A stretch of DNA of 64,000 bases from Cirrosporium novae-zelandiae. Taxonomy: Eukaryota. A program made the translations under genes and the position numbers. Shown here in pieces: positions 26,920 through 40,521 of the stretch. The stretch is from contig JAPETS010000056.1 in NCBI GenBank assembly GCA_026023565.1, positions 1-64,000 of the forward strand. The letters run 5' to 3'. Each line of letters opens with the position of its first letter. Position 1 is the first letter of the stretch. The notes beneath the pieces are model-generated. The model saw nothing but the letters and a program-made list of their open reading frames with translations, had not been told where the DNA came from and ran no database searches.

Positions 26920-29900
26920 TCAAAGAGAGGATGAGGACCCGTAGTATCCGTTACTCTTCAACCAATTCTCAACATCGGTCGAATCCCGTTCGATCCACTT
27001 GGCTTTGGCATATACCGAATCCAGGCTTTGTGATAAAGACATATCGAATCCCTAAGAGTAGATTCATTAGCATTCAATCGTCATTTATATGAGGCCCATA
27101 GGAGCCCCCACAAATAAAAAAATCTACGTACCTTGGTATCTTTGTCTTTGAAAAAAGCTCGAATTTCTTTAATTTGCTTTTCATGTGTGAACCCGCTGGT
27201 GCAGACAGCAACAATGGTGCTCAGCATATTCAGACTTGGTGGGAACCTCTTGGTGAAGGTTTCCCAGTTCTCCTGCAAGGCTTGCCAAAGAGCTTCGATA
27301 CCCTTTGGATGGGACCGAAGACCTCCGATCGGCATGTAGATATCTTGACTCTTGACTTCAGGGCTCAAAGCAAATTCCAAGGTTCTTTTGATCAGCTTGG
27401 GATCTTCAGCTCGGCCTAATGCACGGAGAGCGGTGTTCTTTTCGTCCGAGTTTGAGGACTCGCGGTAGGTCTTGACAATAATATCGTATTCCTTCTCTCC
27501 ACCATTCTTTAGGGCAATTGCAAACACGCTCGCTCTAATGTTAGGATGAATGGCCGTCTTATTCCCTGCAGCAAAATCTTTGAACATAGTCATTGCAGCA
27601 TCAACAACCTTCTGATCATCGGCCATCCCCGAAAAGCCGAAGAGAAGAGCTTTGAATTGCTGTTCTATATGATCATCTCCATCCTTGAAGGTCCATCCCA
27701 TCTCATGACACTTTTCGCTAACCAAAAATCTTGCGAATGATTTGAGGCCATCTCTAAGCTTCTTGTCCTCAAAAATCCAAGTGCTTCGGACCGACCCCAA
27801 TCGGCTGAGAATCTCATTCCAGACAATGAACTCCGTTTCAGTATTGAAGCTCTTGAGTAATGACAAAAGACCGGAAGTCTTCTGTTGTCCAGCACCTGCC
27901 AAAGCCCCGGCATCTGCAATCATACCTGCACGGTCTTCAACAGAAAGGAGACCTTTCTTGGCGGCCTGACCAAGTTTTTCCATCCGCTCAGGAGTATACG
28001 ACGTTCGATATATACCTGAATGGTCGGCGTTGAGCTTGTAGAAATCCAAAGGTACTTTGAACTCTTCCTCACGCTTGGAAAGCGTCAAACTTCCTTGAAT
28101 GCCATCTTTAGTCCTCAAGCCAAGGAAAACAGGATATATAGTCTCATCTTCTTCTGGCTTAACGTCTCCGGTTCGTAAAAATCGGTTTTGCTTAACCTTG
28201 ATACTACCAGTGCTTTCATTCTCGGAGACAGAGACTATGGGGAACCCAATTTTCTTCGTCCAGACATTCATGATATCCTCAACAGGTTTTCCGCTAGCAT
28301 CACTCAAAGCTGCCCACAGGTCCTCTGTTTGCGTATTACCATAAGCGTGTTTCTTCAGATATCTTCGAATGCCCTCCATAAAAATCTCTTCGCCCAGGTA
28401 CTTCGATATCATTCGAATGACACAGGAGCCTTTTGAGTAGGAAATAGCATCAAAGATCTGATTGATCTCATCAGCGCGCTTGACAGGAACCTCGATTGGG
28501 TGACTACTCCTTAATGAGTCAAGTCCAAGGGCACTCTGCAAATTATCTATAACATAGGTCTCCCACACTTTCCATTCAGGGTAGAATTTGTTGCAAGAAT
28601 ACCATGACATCCAGGTTGCAAACCCTTCGTTCAGCCAAAGGCCATCCCAGAAATCCATCGTGACCAAGTTTCCGAACCATTGATGAGCAAGTTCATGCTG
28701 AACAACCTCAGCGACTCGTTCCTTGGTTGAAGCTCCACTGGTCTTCTCGTCGAACATTACGTCCACAACCCGATAGGTGATGAGACCCCAGTTCTCCATA
28801 GCTCCAGCACTGAAATCAGGTACCGCAACCATGTCCATCTTTGGCAATGGAAATTTACTGTCAAAGGTTTTCTCATAGAAAGCCAAGGTCTTGGCAGCGA
28901 GCTCAATAGAGAACTTTCCATGCTCGATATCTTGGTCAGGAGTAGCATATATTCGAACAGGTACCCTGAAGTCATTGTTTTCAAGGCATTTTAGGTCCCC
29001 AACAATGAACGCTAGTAAGTACGTAGACATCAACGGAGATCTGTTGAATGTCACTGCCTTTCTCTTTCCACCAGTTATTTTAGAATCTACTTCTTTCTCA
29101 GATGCAACATCCATGTTACTTAAACATGTTTTATCTTTGTCGGCTATCAATGTAACAGTAAACTCAGCTTTTAGAGCTGGCTCATCGAAACAAGGAAGTG
29201 CCCGTCTAGCGTCAGTCGGTTCCATCTGGGTGCCTACAATATATTTCTTTTCGCCATTGGGACCCTTATAAGAAGATCGGTAGAATCCTGCCATCTGATC
29301 ATTGTGTTGACCGGTGAAGGTAAAGGTTACTTGAGCCTTTGAACCAGCAGGAATGGTCTTGTCAAAGGAAACTGTGGTTGTCTGACTGTCCTGGTTGTAC
29401 TTTAGGTCCGGTGAAGATGCGATTTCCACACCCCCAGCGGAGACCTTGGTAGAATGAATATCGATTTCAAAGGTATTGAGGGAAACGGAAGTAGTATCTT
29501 CAACGACATCAAGACTATGCGGAAAATGCGGCGGTTAGCAAAGTCATTTTCACATAAAGCTGAGGGGCCATACTCAATTGTGACCTTTCCTTCATAAGTG
29601 AACTTGCCAAAGTCTGGTTCGAGGGTCAAATCGTAGTGGACTGGCTTCACATTCTTTGGCAGAACCTGCCTTCCCTTGGCCACATCCAAGTGACCTCCGG
29701 GGAGATCAGTCATTGCGTGACGACACATTCTCCTCTGGGAACAGGAGCGGGTCTGTTGTCTCTGCACTCTCTGGCTACAGAGGACTCGAGATCGAAAAGG
29801 TCGTGGCGGGGCAACAGAATATAAACGTCTAGAAGAAAGGACAAAGGATGGTGGTTGTAGTCTAGAACTTGGTAATATAGGCTTGAATATGGACAATGAG

Positions 29901-29965
29901 TTTGATTTCGAAGAAGACAATATGAAGGAACGCAGGCGAAGCGTCCTTGATGCGGTGGATAACAT
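26920..29965 (-). CDS. APE2: M1 zinc aminopeptidase (Ape2/Aap1 type) with N-terminal presequence-like extension
   Basis: Exons 29965-29574, 29514-27132, 27051-26920. GAMENWG, HELAH(X18)E, PCFDEP, YSKG. Confidence 0.95.
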
Positions 29966-31100
29966 TTAGCTCTGATTCGGACAGCGGGGCTGCAAGAGGC
30001 TACTCGTGACTTTACAGCTTTCCAAAGGCAACCAAAGGCAACCAAGGACCTGGAATATCTTCTGCCCTTTTTCCATTATCCATCAGTCTCATCGGCTTAT
30101 CGGTCTATCGGACTATTGGTCTATCAGATTATTGAAGCCAATCCCAAACAAGAAAAGCGCCAAGCCAATCCACTACATAACGAAATCTTCCTTCTCTTCT
30201 TTTCCCATCCTTTTCCTTTTCTTTTGTTACAATAAAACTTTGCGCAAGTATATATAGTTGTCTTACTGCCCAGAAATGAATGACAGTAATGTCTGGTATT
30301 TTCACTTGCAATATTAGTAATCCGTCAGTTTGAGGCTACCATTGCAAATCCTTGGTCAATGGATGCTATAAAAAGATGGGGACATCACCTTGTAACCACC
30401 AGCCAGATTAACGTGTCCACGTGAATACAATAACTGCATCAAAATTTCCGAGGAACTACGTACTCCAAGTCAGATGCCAGCCAAACTTCAGATATCTATA
30501 GATGTTTGTTATCATTCCTGGGTTCATGAGACGGTCGTGAAACAACACTTCTACAACCATCGTTATACTACGACTGTTACTTCCATCAATATATGCCCTC
30601 TATGTCGCGTAGTTACATTCTGCCCATATCATCTGACCACCTGAAAAGCCGGATATCACATAAACCTTGACATATAAGAGGAGCCTCTCCATATATAGTC
30701 TTAACATTTCTGTTCTGTTATGTTTTTGCAAATATCCAACGGTGAATAAATAATATAATCATAAAACCACTCCACGGCGCCATACGCTTTTCATCACGCC
30801 CCCTAATGTTAAATCACCAACCCAACAACGCAAGAATCCACACCCATCTCACGAGAAAATCAAATAGGGAATTAGAAGATATTGTATGTGCAGAAGCCCG
30901 ATAGATGGACGGACTAGGTCGATAGATACTGAGTAAAGATAAGTAGCAAATCCCAAAACCCCAACCCCGCTACCTCAATTTCATGAGCTCTTTTACACGT
31001 TCGGAATCTCGTAAGTCGCTTCTAAAACGTTTCTGTTGATCTTGCGAAAGAAATAAAAAATGCAGGAGGTTGTCATGCCAACGAATACACGAGAATGTCG

Positions 31101-32604
31101 TTATAGTCCGTGTTCGCTTCCGCTCGAGCGAAGCGCGCTGGGGCTTGAACTTGAACTCGGTGTATTTACATTGTTGTCACTTGTAGGACTGCTTTCTTCA
31201 TGCTCTCTCAAAGGCGACGAAGGCGCAGAGGCCGTTGGACTATTCTTTTTATTGCCAATGGCCTCGACGTCCTCGTCGTTGCTTTTTTGAGGAGTTGGTG
31301 GTACCGAATTTGAAGGAGTCGCACTTTCGATCTCAATACTTGGGAGCACATTTAACTCTGGTAGCCGAGGTGGTTGCGTCTCCATCGTACTCTCATATGG
31401 TGGTGCTTCTTCATCAGGTATAGACGGATGAGCGGATCGGAAATCTTCTCTTGAGAATGTTTCCTCATACTCCGGCGGCTCCGTGGACGGAATGGTAGCT
31501 CCGTTGTCATCACTGCCTGTGCTGGGTGTATTTTGACCAATTGACGGTGTTGCAAGTGGACTGCTATTGCTGCGTTCGTGGCTTGTGGTGGGAGTTGCGA
31601 CATGGTCATCTGAGAAGTTAGAAGATATAGTAAGGGCAGAAGATGTGGACTCGTGGCGACCATGGGCAAAGAGGGAGGTAGGCCTGGAAAGGCTTCCTCC
31701 CATCGAGGCGGCAGAATCAAGTAAAGGTCGGTCGTCAGAGGAATCTATTGAATCCGGTCGAACCCTTGTACCATCGTGTCTTGCAAGACCAATATCAGCG
31801 TAGCTGACTTGTGAAATTCGACGATCTCGGCCACGAGACTGGTGCTCTGCCAAAAGAACAGCGGAATCCACAGCATTACTATCAGCACGAAGGCGACTCT
31901 GTTGCCGCAGCTCTTCTAGTCTAGCCCAATCATGATTTTCTCGAGCTTCGCGCCGTTGTCGCCGCCGTTCCTCTCGTTCCGCTATTTCCCTCCTCCGAGC
32001 AAGTCGGATTTGGTATAATGACTCCATTTCTTCCTCTCTTCGTACCTCCTCTTCACCCACAGTTTCTGGGAACTCCACAACCATATCCATTCCGGCCCTT
32101 TCCCCTTCGCGTGCAATTATTTGTTCTGTTTCACGGGGAACGGGGGCATATGCTGGTAAGGTCATGACCGATCGGACTGATGTATGCCTGTCGACTTGCG
32201 CTGTACTCTGAGTATTTGCAGGATGGGGATTATAGGATGTGTCTACTTGGGTAGAGTTGCGTTGTTCGAGATTGGTGCCGCCGTTGACTTGATTATAGGA
32301 TACATTTCTAGGACTCCATTTTCGCCATCTCTGTTTTAGATACTCTGTGGGAATAAACTTGGGAGGAACATCGGTCTTTGCTCGTAGCTTGCGCAAGTAG
32401 GTCCGGACCCCGAGGGTTATGGCAAGAACTATAAGGAGAATTAAAGAGACCTAGCAAGCCATTAGTGCATTTCTTCTTTGTTTATATTCCGTTTTCTGGA
32501 ATTCATTGCAGGCATACTATTAGAACCCACACAAGCGTGTGCAAGGCGCTTCCGCTGCCATTATCTCTTTTATTGAGCACTTGGGGATGGGCCGGTAGCC
32601 ACAT
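31101..32604 (-). CDS. Single-pass membrane protein with an Arg/Glu-rich helix and PY (L/PPxY) motifs; function unknown
   Basis: Exons 32604-32518 and 32450-31101. Splicing builds the TM helix LVWVLIVSLILLIVLAITLGV; the tail contains LPAY, PPEY and APPY. Confidence 0.8.
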
Positions 32605-35077
32605 GACGATAGTCGGACACCGAGTCGATTCTTTTGTGGTTGCATACAGATCGGTTCAATGTCAACGATGAAACGGAAAGAAGGTGCGGTAAATCCAGAA
32701 GCAACTATCTCTATCTCGTATTCGAAGTGGGTTTCGCTAAGGTTGCAGGATACGGAAGCAAAGAGCTACCTATCGGGGCGTGCAATAGAATACATGAGAT
32801 TTGATACTTGCCAACGTCAAGCCAGGAGGCGAGAAGTTGGAGTAAGCAGGATATCCGATATTGTCTAATGGTACTTTAGTATGTATGACAACAAGTGTAA
32901 GGAATAGCTAGGGCCTGGGCCGTCTGGAGTTGGATTGGTGAGCGTTTGGGTGGTGGCTTAAGGTGACGAAATTGGTGACCACTGATAGGCCTTGAGGATC
33001 ATTAATGAGCCGGCTTAGGTAGGTTTGTTTTTTGACAATGAACTGATGGGAGAACTATTGGAGGGGTCTTGGCAGGATACAAGTGGAAATATCTTAAAAA
33101 TCTGGTATAACTTCTTTCACGACCTATTTGAGATTCATAAGTAAGTAGACAAGGGGAACCTGGAATTGGAGGGAATGAAGATTCGGGACTTTGGGGGACT
33201 TTTGTTTGGGGTTGTTTGGGTTGATTTGGGTTAAGATTTGTGGCTCCGAGGCTGGGCAAGGCTGGTGAAGTTGGAAGCTAAATAGACGCCAACGGGTTTC
33301 TTGTTTATTACATGTATCTCCAGTACTTTCTGCCTCAGGATTCAGGAACCAATCCCACTGATGAGATGATTTGTTACTCTGTAATTATTCTGTTGTTGTT
33401 CAACATATCAGCCTCTCAGCCCTGTAATGAATCCATTGGGGATTGGGGCTATATTTCCAAGTCGAGTGAATTCGTAGGGCTTCCTAAAAGCCCGCATCCC
33501 CTCCCCACCATCATTATGGTATGACAGGCTTGTCCAGTCAAGGACCATGCGGTAAATCAAACACATATTTTTCATATATTAATCATCGTATCCCGTATCC
33601 CGTGAGTCCGGATGCCTTAAGATACTCGGATCGGAAGCAGATGTTTATTTCTCCCTTCACCTAAAGCAAGCAGCTAAAGAAGAGATAAGAAATAATAATC
33701 CATTGATAGGTACAGAATGTTGGTTCATCTGCTAGAATATGAATTCTGGTGGATAGTTGACCCAGACCCCCGAGTTTCTTTATTGGCAATGTTCTAAAGC
33801 TCGTATTCTGATGGCCCACGCATCCTTTCCATATGCTTATCTTTCATAACCATTGCTCTGGCCATTCTTATCCATCACTATATTTTAATTTGTGCTTACC
33901 ACCTTCTCGTGTTCTACTCTTTGCACTGTCGCTTTTACTAAGATTAGCACTTCAGATATGAACATGTTCAATACTATCACCACTAAAATTTCTATGACGA
34001 TATTTGGAGCTATGGTTTTCTGTCATGTGTACAACTTCATCACGACATGTTTCGAATAGTCCGGGGCGACAATTCGATAGACTGCTTCTCTAAAAAAGTT
34101 AGTAAGGGGTCGCTTTTATAGGAATACTGAACGTCTGCCATCTAGATTCTATTGTGTAACAAGACTGGGTGGGGCCACCAAGTTTGGTAGAGTTGTTATT
34201 GAAGTTCCCATTTTTCTGTCAGTTTCCTGCAGGTTTGTTCTTGAACCAGCCAAAGGAGACCAACATCTAAGGACCTTTGTTCGGGACTATGATTGATATC
34301 AGGTGAAGAATGGATTAAACCACAGAAGTCACTTCAATATAACCTGTGGTATCTGATGAGCATCCCCAACACTCACTCTACTAACCATGTGAAAAGGGCG
34401 ATGATCATATGGGTACCTGCAGATATACAACAAACAGGATAGGATTATCCATGATATTATATTTCAAGACTATGATAACTAAACAATAATTAATCTCAAT
34501 TTTGTCTATCGTAAGCTACCTAAATATAATCCAATCCCCATGACAACGAGAATCAATGCAGGAACGGAGAAAAGGAAAGTAAGCTTTTGGGGGGATATTA
34601 CATACATACATTTACTGGTGACCCCCTGGGCTATAAAAAAAATTAAAAAAAAATCACTTGGAAGCGGGGAAGAGGGAGAGAGAAAAAAAGAAAAAAGGTA
34701 AAATAAAATCTATAATTCAATTCTCTTCTTTACTTTTGAGGAGGAGAGAGGGAAAAGCGTAAGTGGCCTGTTTCGTAGTGAATTAATCCCATATTCCCCA
34801 TCAGGCTGTTCTCAATTGTGATTTATGGTTGGATGATTTCGGTCAAGCCAAAACGCGCTCCTTGCGGGCTTTCACATTTCTCCCTGATTTCGGTAGATCG
34901 CGTCTTAGCGGCCTAAGCTGCCTCAACATTGAACCTCTCCGTTTGTTCTGAGACAACTAACCCAGGATGACTTCACAAAGTTGACTAGGTTTTAAATCAC
35001 ATCTGTCATCTATTTACCCTATCCTTTTCTTTTCTATGAATGATATTCACTAATATCCTTTTCCATCCGTAACAGCT

Positions 35078-37009
35078 ATGTTCAATAATCCTTCCTCTGG
35101 AGCCGGAAACGGTGTCCGCAACTTGCGGGCTATGTTTGAAAACAACAACAACAATGCAAACAACGATGCCCCACCCTCACGAGGTCGCTCGCCAGCTGAT
35201 TCTGACACTTCTGGCACCAATAGGCCATTGTCCAAGGTTCGAACAAGTTTCATCGCCGTTGAAAGAAGTAGTTCCAAGGGCCCCCAAATTGGCCTGAGAA
35301 GAGCTGGTGACGTTAGCGAGAGGTCATCCGATTCAGGAGGTGCGAAGGACACAAGCCCATTGCAAGAGAAGGCAGGAATGAGCCATGATACTGTTGAAAA
35401 ACCTCCCTCTGAACATTCGACCGAACACTCCGACAAAGCATCAACACCGACACCGCTAGAAGTAAGGGGGGAGAATTTCTCAAATAGAATTAATAATGCA
35501 TTTGGCTCAGCTTTGAATGGTGGAAAGATTGAAAATCAAGAGCCTTTGCGGCCAACATCAGACAAGATGAATGGAGGCGGTAACTTTCAGGAAAACCAAC
35601 AACAGCCAAATCGAGGAAGTATTGGGGCTATTCTGAAAGGATCAGCATTTGATAAAACACCACCAAAAGAGGCTGATATCTCCAGTCCCGCTGCTAGCCC
35701 CGAGCAGATATCGCCATCCAAACCTGAGCCACAGAAGGAGTCACCAGCGCCTTCAGAAACAGCAGAACCAGGTGATGATGCCAAACCGGCTGAACGACCT
35801 ATTACTCCCGCTGCGCAGACGACAGAACCTCAGCCAGCGGAAAATACTAAATCTGCTACTGAAGTCGCACCAGCAAAAGCCACAGCTACGGAAAAAGCCC
35901 TAGCCAAGGTTGCACCTGCCAAAGGTTCTCCGAAGAAAGTAGCATCTGCATCCTCGCGAAAAGCTCCAGTATCTTCAAAAGGCCCGAAGACTCCTACGAA
36001 GCCACAGTCGCGTCAGCCATCAAAAGCTACTTCGCCAAAGGCGCATACTATGTCCAAAGACACAAAACCATCTCCTAAAACAACAAAGGCTGTTCAGAAT
36101 GCAAGCCCAGCGACTTCTACAGGATCTACCCAACGCAAAATATCTGCAACCTCTCCTAATAATAAAGTTAAACCTAGATCACCTACTCGCCCAATCCGTC
36201 TTCCAACAAATCTAACCGCGCCAACTGCGGCTTCTGCTGCCAAAACGGCTTCTGCTGCATCAGCTCCTGCTGCGGCTCCTCGTGCGCCCAGCCGCACTCG
36301 TGGAGCTAACACTGAGCTTAGACGCAAGCCCTCGACCAATCTTCACAAAAGCGGAGCACCTGTATCTAGCAAAACTGCCACACATGCTCCAGCGACCAGT
36401 GTTCGCAACAAAACTTCTCGTCAGAGCCTAGCCTCTCAACCTCCACCAGTTTTGCATCGTAGCTCCATGGATCGTCCACGGTCGCGAGTCAGCATGACAG
36501 CTACGACAAAGCTAGCAGATGAGGGATTCTTGGCTCGCATGATGCGTCCGACGGCCAGTTCTGCAAGCAAGGTTCATGACAAAACAGATGCTGTATCGCC
36601 TCCACAAAAGGCGAAACGTATGCCAAGCTTGAAAGGTCTGAGACCTAAGCATCTTCTTTCTTCTAAAAAGGCGGCAAACTCAAACACTGGAGACAAGGAG
36701 AATGAGAAACAGGGCGAAGAAAAATCTAAGGGAAAAGAGCCGGAGAAAGCCGCAGAACCAGAGCCAGCAGCAGAGCCCACAACGGAGCCTGAGATTCAAG
36801 CAGAGCGTCCAACTTCCGCGGAGCTTCATATTGAGGAAACAATACCAGAAGAGCCGGCGACAGAACAACAAGAACCTACTGTGGAGAAGACTGAGGAAAC
36901 CATTGCGGAAACAACCGAAGAGCCCAGTGGAGAGACTAAAGTCGAACCAGAAACTGCAGCTCCTCTAGACACTACCACCAGTGCAGAAGAACAGGTTACA
37001 GCTCAGTAG
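35078..37009 (+). CDS. Intrinsically disordered Ser/Pro/Lys/Ala-rich hypothetical protein, 643 aa
   Basis: Intronless 1.9-kb ORF with conserved-looking islands VRNLRAMFE, RPLSKVRTSFIAVE, LTAPTAAS and FLARMMRPTASSASK. Confidence 0.85.
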   Translation: MFNNPSSGAGNGVRNLRAMFENNNNNANNDAPPSRGRSPADSDTSGTNRPLSKVRTSFIAVERSSSKGPQIGLRRAGDVSERSSDSGGAKDTSPLQEKAGMSHDTVEKPPSEHSTEHSDKASTPTPLEVRGENFSNRINNAFGSALNGGKIENQEPLRPTSDKMNGGGNFQENQQQPNRGSIGAILKGSAFDKTPPKEADISSPAASPEQISPSKPEPQKESPAPSETAEPGDDAKPAERPITPAAQTTEPQPAENTKSATEVAPAKATATEKALAKVAPAKGSPKKVASASSRKAPVSSKGPKTPTKPQSRQPSKATSPKAHTMSKDTKPSPKTTKAVQNASPATSTGSTQRKISATSPNNKVKPRSPTRPIRLPTNLTAPTAASAAKTASAASAPAAAPRAPSRTRGANTELRRKPSTNLHKSGAPVSSKTATHAPATSVRNKTSRQSLASQPPPVLHRSSMDRPRSRVSMTATTKLADEGFLARMMRPTASSASKVHDKTDAVSPPQKAKRMPSLKGLRPKHLLSSKKAANSNTGDKENEKQGEEKSKGKEPEKAAEPEPAAEPTTEPEIQAERPTSAELHIEETIPEEPATEQQEPTVEKTEETIAETTEEPSGETKVEPETAAPLDTTTSAEEQVTAQ

Positions 37010-39024
37010 ATTGGATAGGTCTACAAGGGATCCTCCACTCTATACGATACGGTATAACTATTGAATTACGGCATGAAATATACAGTCCCTCCTCTGTGTT
37101 GTGTGCTGTTATTGGTTACTACCATGGAGAAGGATGTTGCCCTATTGTATCAACCGTCGGTCTTGTTATTCTAGTGGAATCATTTTTCGGGTTTCGATCG
37201 GGTTCAGGCTCAGGAGCGTTTAGCGTGGGGTTGCGTGGTTTAAAGTTCCCTGTTTTCCTTATTTTATCCAAACCTTTAGTTCGATTCCTGTGATATACCT
37301 TATTATCGTCGACTTTCGTCCACAACAACCTACCGAGAGAAGAATGGCTTCCTGATATGCATATCTGCGATGGGATGGAGTGGATGAAAAAAGAGGCTGT
37401 GTGAGCGCTGAAGTGGGATCAGATGAATGTCAAGGGTCAATCAATCAGCCAGTCATAAATTAAGGGTAAAAATGTGTCCGTCTGTCTCTGGTTCCTCTGT
37501 ATCTATGCAAGCATGTCAAGCAAAGGGCACCAGGATTCATTCCCATGGATCGAGTGTGTGCGTGTATGGGGTTTTTAGTCTGTCAATTCTTCATACCAAA
37601 GCAAACCAAAAACAAAAACAAAAACAAAGTCAAGCAGACAGAAAACAAGCAAGTTAAGCAATACGATCTTATCCTTGTTGTTCTCATCCCTTCATCCTCG
37701 CCGTCTCCTGTTCTTCTCTCTCTCTCTCCTTTCAACAAAGCATGGAGTTTGAGTGGGTGAGTGAGTGTATTCATTCTCGGTTGTTGTTGTTGTTGTTTTA
37801 TTTTATTTTTAGGACTTTTAATAAGTTTCTAGGTTTTAGGTATAGGTTAGGTTAGGTTTTAAAGTCTTATAAGTGCTTTTTTATAGTATGGACGTGTGTA
37901 TGGTTTTTGTTGATCGTTGGTGTTCTTGGTGAAGAAGGGGAAGAAGAAAAAGCGGAATATATATATATTAGGCTTTTGTTAGTAAAAAAGAGAGGATGGG
38001 AAGGAAAGGGGGGGCGGGAGCTTGTAACTTTGATAATTTGATCAAATATCTAAGTATATATGTATGTTTGTATGTATGTATGTGGTATAGGGGGTATTAG
38101 TATTAGTGTTTTTTGGAATATATTATAGGGAAATTGTCTAAATATATTTATGTGTGTGTGCGAGAATGAGATCTAGATATATGGTAGAGAAATATTTTTT
38201 TTTAATGGATGATGGGGAGTTTATAGTTATGGTCATGATTGTGGTTGTGAGTTTCTCTGTTTCTGTTTTTTTTTTTTAGTCCGAGAAATTGGTTCTTTTT
38301 CCTTATTTTTTCGTCCGTACATATGGGGTTTTGGTGGGGGTATGGTATGGCACAGGGATGTATGACAGGTATCTATATCTATATCTATATGTCTTGGAAA
38401 CTATACTATGGGGAATTGAAACGTACGTACGTGAGCGGGTAAAACTCAAACTCAAATGTCCTTTTCTTTTTTTTTGTTTTTTGTCTAGATGGGAGAGGAT
38501 ATCGGAGTTGCTGTATCTAATTACTTTGTTCCTTGCAGTAAGTAGGTTTAGAGTGGGTGTATGCGTATGTATTCATATGTCCACGGATAAAAGAATAGAA
38601 AGTATCCCCCCCCCACGAGTTCTATTGCATTGATGTATTTCAGCCAATGATAGAAAAGAAGTTTCTTGGTAGGAATTAAATAATAGATAAGTGGTTAGTT
38701 TAGAAGGAATTACAAGCAATTACTTTTCCATATTTGGTTTCCCTCTTAAGCCCGATATCCGAATCTCCGAGTTATAGACGACGACCGAGGGAGGGAAATG
38801 AATAGATAAACTGCGTCAGCCCCAGGTCACTTGGTTCCTTTTTTTATTTGATTGTCTTTTGTTTGAAAAAATCTCTGCTCTGGTATTTGGAAATCCCATT
38901 GTTGGCGTGTTTTTATGCAACGTAACTTGAGTGTTTAGTTGTTTGTTTGTGAGATTGACTCTGCTCTGCTCTGAGACTTCTGTGGATACTTTAGGCTGCC
39001 ACAATAGATATCGAGATTGTGACT

Positions 39025-39982
39025 ATGATACGAAACCTTTGCCGTGTTGTCGGCCTCCCTGTAGCCTCCTCGCAGCAATACTTCGTGCCCCCAGTCGACC
39101 CGAAGGAGGATGGCGAGGATTGCGAGAACGACTGCGAAAGCTGTGTCGAGAAGCTTCCGAGCAGATTCCATGTCGACGAGAAGAGGGAGCTGTATGGGAT
39201 GGTCAAGCCGTGGGGTGTGCATGTATTGGTTGCTACTGGAAAGAGCGATTGGGTTAGAAAAGTTGAGCGGGAGAGTGGTACGCTCACGGAGGCTTTAGCT
39301 AGGGAGGACCATGGTGGGAAGGAGGTGAGTTTTGATGGGAAGAAATGGGCAAGAAAGATGTGCCTAACTAATGTGACATGCATAGCGTCTCATGATCTTG
39401 GCTTCGAATATTGAACCCCCAGAGGAATATTATACCGATTCGAAAAAACCCACAACCGTGCTCTTGCTTCCGGCTTTCATATTCGTCAATCATGTCACCA
39501 ATTCTGATGTCCCAGAGCTGATGCGCCGATTCATTGATACCAGCCCCTCGGTCACTACGCCGCTATCCTCGAAACCAGCGTTATATCCGTCGGGAGACCT
39601 CTCCTACCGTGATTGTCCTCACGACTACGTCGTCCTTCTCTGTTCCCACAAGCATCGCGATGCCAGATGTGGTATCTCTGCCCCTCTTATCAAACGCGAA
39701 CTGGAGCGACATCTCCGTCCACGGGGCCTCTACCGTGATTCCAATGATGAGCGCCCAGGCGGCGTAGGAATTTATTACGTGAGCCATGTTGGGGGCCACA
39801 AATTTGCGGCAAATGTGTTAGTGTATAGAAAGAAAGAGGGACAGATGATATGGTTAGCGAGAATTAGACCAGAGCATTGCGAGGGGTTGGTGAAATGGAC
39901 CATACTGGAGGGGAAGGTGGTGGATCCAGATCGGAGATTGAGGGGCGGATGGGATCGGGGAAAGGGGGTGGGAAGTTGGTAG
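39025..39982 (+). CDS. APD1: Sucrase/ferredoxin-like (thioredoxin-like ferredoxin) 2Fe-2S protein, Apd1/Aim32 family
   Basis: Exons 39025-39324 and 39386-39982. CSHKHRDARCG (C-X8-C), SHVGGHKFAAN (HxGGH), N-terminal CENDCESC, VATGKSDW. Confidence 0.88.
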
Positions 39983-40507
39983 TTGGTCCGCAAAGATACT
40001 GCATAGTGAGTGTTAATAACAATATGTGAATAGAGATATCCTCGATGCTAACTTTTGCGAAAATGGATAAAAACCTTAACATGAATTAGTTAAATTATGC
40101 CACAAGGCGTTTTCCCCAAGCAAAGTTCAGCTATATTCATCATGGTGATTTCTAATGAAAGAAGGTTTTATCTTTTTATGTATTTATGTAAATGCCGTTA
40201 AATCCTTTCCTTCAACCACCAGAAGCTCGGAAAGGAGCTCCTCGGAAGCCGATGACTACGAGGAATAAGACAGAAATGTATTGGCTATGACGTGGATTGT
40301 GTCAGCGGAAGGGGAAGAAAAGCTGCATCAACCTTGATTGATCTTATATAGATATGGTCAATAGCTAGAAACGGAGAAGCCATGTAATGGGATTGTTTCC
40401 GGTTCGATTTTCATTAATTACCTAGGTAGGTATTCATCCAAGTTAATGAGGTGGTCAAGATCTTTCAGGTTCCACCAAACCTGCCGCGGAGATTTTCGGC
40501 GATCAAA

Positions 40508-40521
40508 TCGGCCAGGACCGA
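40508..40521. promoter_or_regulatory. TCGG-N6-CCGA inverted CGG site (Ppr1/UaY-type Zn2Cys6 consensus)
   Basis: TCGGCCAGGACCGA lies 160 bp upstream of the Zn2Cys6 TF ATG, within a CGG-rich patch. Confidence 0.4.

Noticed and set aside
33895..34105. Minus-strand exon-like segment with TACTAAC..TTTAG acceptor and GTAAGC donor
   Set aside because: All three frames contain stops and no protein is recognisable. A lncRNA or pseudogene cannot be supported from sequence alone.
37583..37774. 63-aa ORF with a hydrophobic C-terminus
   Set aside because: Derived from low-complexity microsatellite-like DNA; no CAAX or known motif.
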